This document shows, piece after piece, positions 38,177 through 45,780 of a DNA stretch of 64,000 nt. A model generated the notes under the pieces. The model did no database searches. It saw only the letters and a program-made list of their open reading frames with translations, and was not told where the DNA came from. Position 1 is the first letter of the stretch. Every line of letters starts with the position of its first letter. The translations under genes and the position numbers were made by a program. Source of the stretch: an uncultured Bacteroidota bacterium (GTDB lineage: Bacteria > Bacteroidota > Ignavibacteria > Ignavibacteriales > Ignavibacteriaceae); contig CAVUCX010000072.1 of the NCBI GenBank assembly GCA_963739955.1, forward strand, positions 10,455-74,454. The letters run 5' to 3'.

Positions 38177-38252
38177 TAAATTCTTATTTCAATCCATTTT
38201 TTAAGTTTATAAAGGGAAGCGATCAGCTTGAAATTTAATTGAAAAGCAGCCG

Positions 38253-38724
38253 ATGAAAAAAATTTAATTATTGAAGATGAGGATGTTGTAAGAACATCGA
38301 TAAAAGAATTATTAGAAACCAATAATTATAAGGCCTTTTCGGCATCCGACGGTAATGAGGGAATTCAGTTAGCCGACGAAATTATTCCGAATTTAATTAT
38401 ATGTGATATAATGATGCCCAAAATGAACGGCTTTGAAGTAATAAAAAAATTAAAAGGGAATCCCGATTTTTATAATATTTCTTTTATCTTTTTAACTGCA
38501 AAAGCGGAAATTTCCGACTTCAGAGATGGGATGGAACAAGGCGCCGATGATTATATTACAAAACCCTTTAGAGCGGATACTCTGTTAAAGGCTATTAGTA
38601 CCAGATTGGAAAAATAGAAAAATGGTATATCCGATCTTATATTATTATCCTCAAGAATTCCGATGAAAAATTTTATATCAGCCAAAGGTATGCGAGCAAA
38701 ATAAAGTCAAGATTTTTTATGTAA
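38253..38724 (+). pseudogene. Decayed REC-LytTR response regulator (poly-A frameshift at codons 2-4 plus internal deletion of most of the LytTR domain)
   Basis: ATG at 38253 is followed by A7 (38256-38262). The REC domain is in the -1 frame (..NLIIEDEDVV..LIICDIMMPKMNGF..FIFLTAKAE..DDYITKPF..STRLEK*, stop at 38617). Frame 1 then reads KWYIRSYIIILKNSDEKFYISQRYASKIKSRFFM* (38620-38724). This aligns with the last 35 aa of the intact LytTR regulator (KWFNNSMVVYLKNIDEQFVISRRYASAIKHRLNYG*). Confidence 0.75.
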
Positions 38725-38895
38725 AGAAAGCTTAGGTATTTGATTAGATAATTACCAAACGTTAGATGTATTAAAATTCATTTATAACAAAAATTACGCG
38801 TTTGTTTAATATTTGACTCGTTTATTTAATTTTGTTTATCTAATTTCTAAAAGTATCGATAAATAACTGGAAAACGGAATTTTATCAGAGAGAAA

Positions 38896-39987
38896 ATGAA
38901 AAAAATACTTGTAGCAGAGGATGAAAAAGATGTACGTACATCGATTGTAGATCTTTTAAACAGCGTAGGTTATGAAACTATTTCAGTTGAAAATGGTGTT
39001 CAAGCGATAGAATATTTGAAAAATGACATTCCTGATATGGTTATTTCCGATATAATGATGCCTAAAGTTGACGGATTTCAGGTATTAAAACATTTTCAGA
39101 GTTTATCAATTTCGGCTACCGTTCCGTTTATTTTTTTAACTGCAAGGGTAGATGATTTAGATATTCGAAATGGTATGAATTCGGGGGCCAACGATTATCT
39201 TACCAAGCCGTTTAGAGCTAAAGAATTATTGAAAATTGTAGAAGCTCAATTCAAGAAAAAAGAAAAATCCGATAAAGCGATCGATTCTGTCTATTTCGAT
39301 ATAACAGCTTACGTTCCTCATGAGCTACGTACACCGCTTATACCAATACTCGGATATTCGGAATTACTTAGGGAAGAACTGGAAAATTTCTCTAAGGAAG
39401 AAACCATTGACATGCTTAATAAAATTATATATTCCAGCCACCGTTTGCACCGAACAATAGAAAAGTTCATTAAATATACGGATGCAAGAATAAGAATATC
39501 GCAAAATGGCATGAACGATAACGGCAATTCCGTAGAAGTTTCTCCGGCTTTAAAAATAATCAGTGAAATTTGTGAAAAAATTGTGAATGAAAATAACCGG
39601 GCTAACGATTTGGAGATGAACGTTAGCGACGCGAAAATGAAAATTTATCCCAGCGATTTGGAATTCATAGTAGATGAAATGATGATGAATGCCGTCAAAT
39701 TTTCAGATCCCGGAACCAAATTGACTGTTGAAGGCGAAAATAAAGGACATGAATATACATTAAAAGTGACCGACCACGGTCGCGGAATGACAAACCTGCA
39801 GATATCAAATATCAAACCTTTCGTTCAGTATGAAAGAGAGAAATATCAACAAGCCGGCAACGGTCTCGGATTAGTCACAATAAAAAAATTGTTGGAATAT
39901 TATAACGGGGATTTAAAAATGAGCAGCGAATTAAACGAATACACTACGTGTACGGTCTCAATACCGCTGATTAACGAAGAAAATTAA
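38896..39987 (+). CDS. REC-HisKA-HATPase hybrid kinase (copy 2)
   Basis: REC: ILVAEDE..MVISDIMMP..FIFLTARVD..NDYLTKPF. H-box VPHELRTPLIPILGY. HATPase: DHGRGMT..QYEREKYQQAGNGLGLV. It is a clear paralogue of 30765-31841. Confidence 0.85.
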   Translation: MKKILVAEDEKDVRTSIVDLLNSVGYETISVENGVQAIEYLKNDIPDMVISDIMMPKVDGFQVLKHFQSLSISATVPFIFLTARVDDLDIRNGMNSGANDYLTKPFRAKELLKIVEAQFKKKEKSDKAIDSVYFDITAYVPHELRTPLIPILGYSELLREELENFSKEETIDMLNKIIYSSHRLHRTIEKFIKYTDARIRISQNGMNDNGNSVEVSPALKIISEICEKIVNENNRANDLEMNVSDAKMKIYPSDLEFIVDEMMMNAVKFSDPGTKLTVEGENKGHEYTLKVTDHGRGMTNLQISNIKPFVQYEREKYQQAGNGLGLVTIKKLLEYYNGDLKMSSELNEYTTCTVSIPLINEEN

Positions 39988-40107
39988 CGACCTCTTTTAA
40001 CCTCTAAAATTGATTCCGCTTGAAAATCATTATCAAAATTAAAGTCAAAGTCAATCAAGTATTTAGTTTCCCGGTTTGAATCTTAATAATTACAATTTAC
40101 CTAATGT

Positions 40108-40160
40108 CCCGCTTATATTAATCAAACGCCCGCTTATTGTTAATACGACGCGCTTATTAC
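40108..40160 (+). promoter_or_regulatory. Three direct repeats of (C)CGCTTAT with a 21/20-bp period (candidate LytTR-type regulator binding array)
   Basis: CCGCTTA occurs at 40109 and 40130, and CGCTTA at 40151. The array ends 9 nt upstream of a sigma28-like -35 element. Confidence 0.5.
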
Positions 40161-40168
40161 TTCTAAAT

Positions 40169-40194
40169 TAAATAAAAATATTCGATGCCGATAA
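40169..40194 (+). promoter_or_regulatory. sigma28-like promoter candidate
   Basis: TAAA (40169-40172), a 14-nt spacer, then GCCGATAA (40187-40194), a perfect -10 octamer. The next annotated CDS is 324 nt downstream. Confidence 0.45.
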
Positions 40195-40299
40195 TAAACC
40201 AAGGATTAAAAATTAATTCGGATTAAATAAAAAAACTAACAACTCCCAAGACAACGGTGATCTAATCAGAATAAAGCAACGTATGTTGTTATAAATCGA

Positions 40300-40346
40300 A
40301 ATGAGCCGGCGAGAAATAAAAATTACTTCCGGCTCATTATGTTTTT
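40300..40346 (+). terminator. Terminator-like hairpin inside the intergenic region
   Basis: AATGAGCCGG, a 19-nt loop, then CCGGCTCATT form a 10-bp stem, followed by ATG and TTTTT. The large loop lowers confidence. Confidence 0.4.
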
Positions 40347-40517
40347 CCTGAAATTCAAAAGTCAAATCAGCATATTTAAACTACTCCGGCTCTCTTCTCA
40401 AATATTTTTTTGGAAAAAATAAATTCTTAATAAAAAAATCGATGTATAAGTATTAACTAAATTGGGATTTATCCGATAATTACTATTGGATAAAACATAA
40501 AATTTATAGGGATTAAG

Positions 40518-40910
40518 ATGAATTTTGTTAAAAGCACACTATTATTTGTCATTTTGTTTACTTTTTTGGGGGCGAGTCAACTGGTTTATTCACAGGATAA
40601 ACCTGACAATTACCTGCCATTTGCAGAACAAATGCCCGAGCCCGTCGGAGGTATTGCCGCAATTTATAAAAATATTCAGTATCCCGATGCGGCAAAACAA
40701 GCCGGAGTTCAGGGGAAGGTTTATGTATTAATATATATAAACGAAAAAGGCGGTGTAGACGATGTTAAAATCGTAAAAGGTTTAGGGTCCGGCTGTGATG
40801 AAGCTGCTATCAAAGGAATTAAGGAAGAGAAGTTTTCACCGGCTAAGAACGGGAATAATGTTGTTAAAGTTAAGCTATCAATGGCTATAGAATTTAAATT
40901 AACCGGTTAG
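40518..40910 (+). CDS. Secreted TonB C-terminal-domain protein
   Basis: It has a signal-peptide-like N-terminus. This is followed by PEPVGGIAAIYKNIQYPDAAKQAGVQGKVYVLIYINEKGGV..VKIVKGLGSGCDEAAIKGI..FSPAKNGNNVVKV, a TonB_C fold pattern. Confidence 0.7.
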   Translation: MNFVKSTLLFVILFTFLGASQLVYSQDKPDNYLPFAEQMPEPVGGIAAIYKNIQYPDAAKQAGVQGKVYVLIYINEKGGVDDVKIVKGLGSGCDEAAIKGIKEEKFSPAKNGNNVVKVKLSMAIEFKLTG

Positions 40911-40999
40911 AAGTTAAAGGTTATATAAGTTAAAATTAGAATCGGTTCAAACTCCAGAACATTATTTATGAACTATCAAGAAATATTAAAGGTATTAAA

Positions 41000-43003
41000 G
41001 TGGCTTGGTTTAAAAACTTAAAATTTGTCAGAAAAATCCAAGGTGGTTTTACTTTATTGGCAATCATCTCAACTATAATTGCCGCAATAGGATTTTTTCA
41101 AATAAACCGGATGAGCGGACTAAAAGATCAAATATTCGGTGATTATGTAATGCCTAGAGATCAGGTTTACAATGTGTATTCCAATTTTCAGAAAACGCAA
41201 TTTATTATGATGCAGTTCTCTATGCCGGCCTTCGCTTCAAAGTTCGGTGAAAACGTGAAGGAATACAACAAACTAAAAGGAGCTATCGACAGTTCAGTTG
41301 ATTCGCTTCTTAACTCTTCTCTCGGCGAAGATGTTAAAAATGATATGAAGGATGTAAAATCTATCTGGGGACAATACAAAAGTATTGTAGCCGATGCAAT
41401 TATGAGTGCGTCAGCTACTAAAGCATATGATATGGCTGCAGATATTTCTACTTCCTCAGGTCAGGATGTAGGCAGAAAACTTCAGGATAAATTTGAGCAA
41501 ATAAATAAAGTGCTTGAGAGTAAAGCGAATTCGTTAAATGCTAATGTACGGAATTCGGTTTCCGGTTCTTTATTCTTAACTATTATTTGTATTATAATCG
41601 GAACTATTACTTTTATAATCTGCGTATTCTTCCTTGCTCCGATGATTACCAAGCCTCTCAACAAGCTTAAAGATATTGTAAAAGAATTTTCACTCGGCGA
41701 TTATAACGTTGATATAAATTATAAATCGAAAGACGAAGTAGGTCAATTGGCGGAAATGCTGCGGGATCTCCAGAGCGCGCAAAAGAATAAAATATTTGCC
41801 GCCGAGGAAATCGCTTCCGGAAGAATTCACCGTGTAGAGCTGGCTTCGGAGAAAGATACTCTAGCGATTTCATTTAACAAAGAGGTTGATACTATTGAAA
41901 AACTTCTGCGCGAAGCTGATAAACTGATTAAAGCCAACGAGGAAGGCAGTTTGTCAGTCAGAGGAAACGCCTCCGGTTTCGAAGGAGAATGGGGAAAACT
42001 CATTTCAGGTATAAACTCGATACTGGACGCTGTTCTGGCCCCGATAAATGAATCCGCCAGCGTACTAAAAGTAATGGCTAACGGCGATTTTACAACCAAA
42101 GTTTCGGGCAATTATAAGGGCGACCACCAGGTAATTAAAGATAATATTAATACTGTAACAGAATCTTTATCGCAGGCATTACGCAAAGTTAATGAAGCTG
42201 TACTTGCTACAGCCAGTTCTTCGAACCAGATTTCTTCAAGTGTTGAGGAAATGGCCGCCGGTGCCGGTGAACAGACAAGACAGACAGTTGAAGTAGCTAG
42301 TGCCATTGAAGAAATGACAAAGACAATTCTGGAGAACACAAAGAATGCTTCCATAGCCGCAGAAACTGCCAGGAATTCCGGAGAACAAGCCAGGAAAGGC
42401 GGCGAGGTTGTAGAAGATACGATTGAAGGCATGTTAAGAATTGCAGAAGTTGTTAGAAAATCTGCGGAAACAGTTGAGGCTCTGGGTAAGAGCAGTGATG
42501 CTATCGGAGAAATCATTCAAGTAATTGACGATATAGCCGATCAAACGAACCTGCTTGCCTTAAATGCCGCCATTGAAGCTGCAAGAGCCGGTGAACAGGG
42601 ACGAGGTTTTGCGGTTGTAGCAGACGAGGTTAGGAAACTGGCCGAACGTACCACTAAAGCTACAAAAGAAATTGCCGGTATGATTAAGAAAATCCAAAAA
42701 GATACCGAAGATGCCGTTACTTCTATGAAGCAAGGAAAAATGGAAGTAGATAACGGTAAAGAAATGGCGAACAAAGCCGGCGAAGTATTAAGAGAAATTA
42801 TTACCGGCGCGGAGAAAGTTACAGATGTTGCAGCATTGGTTGCCGCGGCAAGTGAACAACAATCTGCTTCGGCCGAAGAAATAAGCAGAAATATCGAATC
42901 CATAAGCAGTGTTACACAGCAAAGTGCTGCCGGTTCACAACAAATTGCCAGGTCAGCTGAAGATCTGAGCAATTTGACTCAAAATCTGGAAAGATTAAAT
43001 TAG
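41000..43003 (+). CDS. Methyl-accepting chemotaxis protein (TM, periplasmic helical sensor, TM, HAMP region, signalling domain)
   Basis: GTG start. [23 protein letters not shown].. Second TM: [31 protein letters not shown]: [19 protein letters not shown]. Tip: [37 protein letters not shown]. Confidence 0.9.
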   Translation: MAWFKNLKFVRKIQGGFTLLAIISTIIAAIGFFQINRMSGLKDQIFGDYVMPRDQVYNVYSNFQKTQFIMMQFSMPAFASKFGENVKEYNKLKGAIDSSVDSLLNSSLGEDVKNDMKDVKSIWGQYKSIVADAIMSASATKAYDMAADISTSSGQDVGRKLQDKFEQINKVLESKANSLNANVRNSVSGSLFLTIICIIIGTITFIICVFFLAPMITKPLNKLKDIVKEFSLGDYNVDINYKSKDEVGQLAEMLRDLQSAQKNKIFAAEEIASGRIHRVELASEKDTLAISFNKEVDTIEKLLREADKLIKANEEGSLSVRGNASGFEGEWGKLISGINSILDAVLAPINESASVLKVMANGDFTTKVSGNYKGDHQVIKDNINTVTESLSQALRKVNEAVLATASSSNQISSSVEEMAAGAGEQTRQTVEVASAIEEMTKTILENTKNASIAAETARNSGEQARKGGEVVEDTIEGMLRIAEVVRKSAETVEALGKSSDAIGEIIQVIDDIADQTNLLALNAAIEAARAGEQGRGFAVVADEVRKLAERTTKATKEIAGMIKKIQKDTEDAVTSMKQGKMEVDNGKEMANKAGEVLREIITGAEKVTDVAALVAAASEQQSASAEEISRNIESISSVTQQSAAGSQQIARSAEDLSNLTQNLERLN

Positions 43004-43188
43004 TCACTTTAAAATTGACGAGGAAAAAAATATCGGCTACAGAGCTAATCGTCAATTGACCGGGAATACCAGCCTTGCAAGAGAATTTGAACATGCTTAA
43101 ATAAGTTTTATGGGGAATTGTATTTTAAGGAGGCGGGACGTGTAATGAGCCTGCCGGATTATAAAAACCAAAACTACTGAGGGAAATA

Positions 43189-43596
43189 ATGGCATTAATG
43201 GAATGGTCGGACAGTTACAGCGTAAAAGTAAGCACGCTGGACAATCAGCACAAAAAAATAATTGTTCTAATCAATGATCTTCATTCGGCTATGCGTCAGG
43301 CTAAAGGAAAAGAAGCGCTGGCCGATATTCTGGATGAGCTGACCGATTATACGGTTTTTCATTTTTCCGCTGAAGAAAAATTAATGAAAGAGAAAAATTT
43401 CCCTGGATATGTTAATCATAAAGCCGAACACGATAAGCTAACTAAACAAGTAAAAGAATTGGCTGCAAATTACAAATCCGGTAAAAATGTTGTGTCTCAG
43501 GAAGTAATGCTTTTTTTAAAAGAATGGCTTCTCCATCATATCGGGGAGTCTGACAAAAAGTATTCTTCTTTTTTTAATAACGCAGGAATTTCCTAA
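43189..43596 (+). CDS. Bacteriohemerythrin (single-domain)
   Basis: MEWSDSYSVKVSTLDNQHKKII.. plus the metal ligand pattern H..HFSAEE, HKAEHDKL and LHHIGESDKKY. Confidence 0.85.
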   Translation: MALMEWSDSYSVKVSTLDNQHKKIIVLINDLHSAMRQAKGKEALADILDELTDYTVFHFSAEEKLMKEKNFPGYVNHKAEHDKLTKQVKELAANYKSGKNVVSQEVMLFLKEWLLHHIGESDKKYSSFFNNAGIS

Positions 43597-43645
43597 GCTA
43601 AATTTAGTATAAATTAAAAATTCCCTAATAACCGTTGGAAAAAAA

Positions 43646-45469
43646 ATGCCGGATAATAATAACGGGGCATTCGGTAATGTTTCTAATCTGAAAACCAGTC
43701 TTGTTTCAAGAATGCCGGATGTATTCAGAAAATTTGAACTTTTTAACGCTGGTATCGATAAATCAATTGATTTATCTGAAAAAGATTTTTCATCGTTTAA
43801 CGAAAAAATCCTGAAACTTCAAAAAGAAGCCGGGGATGCAGTTGAAACATCTAATGAAATTTGTTCCGCAATTTCCGGTGAAGCTTTAATTTCAAATACA
43901 AACGAATTAAAAAGTGTTCTTTCCCAGATTAAAAGTTTCATCGAAGAAACCAATTTAAGGTTCAACGAGGGGCAAAACGAATTATCGAATGTAAACAAAA
44001 CATTAAGCGATATCGTTGATAATCTCTCCGGGTTCAAGAGTCTGGTTAAGCATTTAAGAATGCTGGGAATCTCCACAAAAATTGAAAGTGTTAGATTAAG
44101 TCTGGAAGACAGGGGTTTCTATAATCTGGCTGAAGATGTCGAAAAGCTGTCGATGATGATAACTAAAAAATCTTTGGATATCAGGGCAAAACTAACATAC
44201 CTGTTAAACCTTATCAATACCGGCAAGATTACAATTACGAATCTGATGAGAACTCAGAATGAGTTTACATCGAAAGTAGTTGATGAAGCAATGTTAAATT
44301 CGGATATGCTGATTGAAAAATACAAGCAGGCTTCCGAAAAGGCCGAACACATTTCCTTAAATGCTTTGGAGGTTTCCGGAGGAGTTGAAGAGGCTGTTTA
44401 TGCGTTACAGCTAAATAATACTTTAAAGCATAGTCTGGAACTTATTAAAACTGCTTTTAATAAACTTTCTGCCGATTCAAAGAAAAAACTAGCGGAAGTT
44501 TTAACTTCCGGAGGCGGGGGAGAGGCTGAATTATTGAATATTTTCAAATCCGATTTGAAAAATCAGATAACCGGCATTCAGAATGCGCAGGATGGTTTAG
44601 ACGGCCGGTTTGAAAATATCAGAGGCATTTTTAAAAAAATGGAAAACAGAGTTTCCGGGATGAACGCGGGAACGCATCAGCTAATAAGTAGTTCGGTCTT
44701 CGGTCAGAATTCGATTTTGGCTTCTATGTCAAAAAATCTTAAAACTGTGTCGGGAACAATCGAGCAGGATTCAAGAATATCGGATGAAATGGTAGCTTCT
44801 ATGTCTACTGTAGCCGATACCATTGCCGATCTTTCCGGATTTGTGGATGAGATTGATGAAATAGGAACTGAAGTTGAATTGATTGCATTAAACGCAAGTG
44901 TAAAAGCCGCCCGCACCGGTTCCGAAGGAGCTGCTCTGGGTGTTCTTGCCGAATCGATCCAAAAGCTTTCGATTGACGCCAAAAATCAAACTGCGTTGAT
45001 TTTAGATGTGCTGCAAGTAGTTATGAAGACGGCGGAAAAACTTAGAAATAATTTTACTTCTAAGAACACCGACGGGAATAAAGAAGATCTTGCCCTTATG
45101 TCCTTAAAAATAAACGGGATACTAAATTCATTAACAAAAATAGATTCGGATATTTACGCCAATATTGACGCGCTAAAAGAGAAATCTTCATATTTAAATG
45201 ATGAAATAAAAAGAACTTCACCTAGGCTGGGGACGGATAAGAAAGTGCACGACATACTGGATGCCTATTTGATGGAATTTCACAACGTTTTAAATGATTC
45301 TTTTTTAGAGGGCCGTTCGTCAAATATGAGTTTTAAACCCGCCTCGAAAGATAAGAAAAAGGACTTTAAAAGCCGTAACGGAGCCGGCTTTCCAGGCAAG
45401 ATAAACACTAAAGAGAAAAAGGAATCTTCCGGTTCAAACGAACTTAGAGATGCAATAGAATTTCTATAA
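43646..45469 (+). CDS. Soluble MCP-like protein with two degenerate signalling-tip motifs
   Basis: No hydrophobic segment. Motif 1 (about 44051-44150): LRMLGISTKIESVRLSLEDRGFYNLAEDVEKLS. Motif 2 (about 44874-44970): ELIALNASVKAARTGSEGAALGVLAESIQKLS. Compare the canonical [31 protein letters not shown]. Confidence 0.7.
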   Translation: MPDNNNGAFGNVSNLKTSLVSRMPDVFRKFELFNAGIDKSIDLSEKDFSSFNEKILKLQKEAGDAVETSNEICSAISGEALISNTNELKSVLSQIKSFIEETNLRFNEGQNELSNVNKTLSDIVDNLSGFKSLVKHLRMLGISTKIESVRLSLEDRGFYNLAEDVEKLSMMITKKSLDIRAKLTYLLNLINTGKITITNLMRTQNEFTSKVVDEAMLNSDMLIEKYKQASEKAEHISLNALEVSGGVEEAVYALQLNNTLKHSLELIKTAFNKLSADSKKKLAEVLTSGGGGEAELLNIFKSDLKNQITGIQNAQDGLDGRFENIRGIFKKMENRVSGMNAGTHQLISSSVFGQNSILASMSKNLKTVSGTIEQDSRISDEMVASMSTVADTIADLSGFVDEIDEIGTEVELIALNASVKAARTGSEGAALGVLAESIQKLSIDAKNQTALILDVLQVVMKTAEKLRNNFTSKNTDGNKEDLALMSLKINGILNSLTKIDSDIYANIDALKEKSSYLNDEIKRTSPRLGTDKKVHDILDAYLMEFHNVLNDSFLEGRSSNMSFKPASKDKKKDFKSRNGAGFPGKINTKEKKESSGSNELRDAIEFL

Positions 45470-45542
45470 ACTTTCTAACCGGGAAATCGGTTGATTAAAA
45501 GCTTATATTTTTCTGCGGTCTAATCGGCTAAAAAGTCTCAGG

Positions 45543-45574
45543 AAATCCTCTTCACTCTCTCAAAGGATTTTTTT
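45543..45574 (+). terminator. Possible rho-independent terminator
   Basis: AAATCCT, a 14-nt loop, then AGGATTT form a 7-bp stem, followed by TTTT. The stem is modest and the loop is large. Confidence 0.4.
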
Positions 45575-45692
45575 AACAATTGGTCAATATTAATCAGGAA
45601 TGGTTGCTACAGCCTCCAAAATACGGTCTTTTGACTTTTTTTGACCGGCGGCATTGCATTTGAATATCATATAAAAAAATTCCGAAAAATAT

Positions 45693-45719
45693 TAAAAAAC
45701 TTTAAAGAACTTTCGATAA
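45693..45719 (+). promoter_or_regulatory. sigma28-like promoter candidate for the che operon
   Basis: TAAA (45693-45696), a 15-nt spacer, then TTCGATAA (45712-45719). It lies 62 nt upstream of the first che-operon ATG. Confidence 0.45.
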
Positions 45720-45780
45720 TAGCAAGAGAACCAGTTATATCTTAGTTCAACTTAATTAAAAATAAGGGAAGCGCCGATTA

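Noticed and set aside
42112-42972. Long antisense ORFs inside large genes. Examples: 42112-42516 and 42541-42972 opposite the MCP, 486-1025, 26445-26774, 33989-34321, 46020-46568, 49935-50423, 50634-51053 and 60795-61136.
   Set aside because: They lie entirely within well-supported genes on the other strand. They have low-complexity Ser/Ala/Ile-rich translations with no recognisable motifs. They are shadow ORFs of strongly periodic coding sequence.
45772-45779. GCCGATTA, close to the sigma28 -10 consensus, immediately before the HEAT-protein ATG.
   Set aside because: It abuts the start codon and so cannot serve as the promoter for this gene. No TAAA lies at the right distance. The element at 45693-45719 is better placed.
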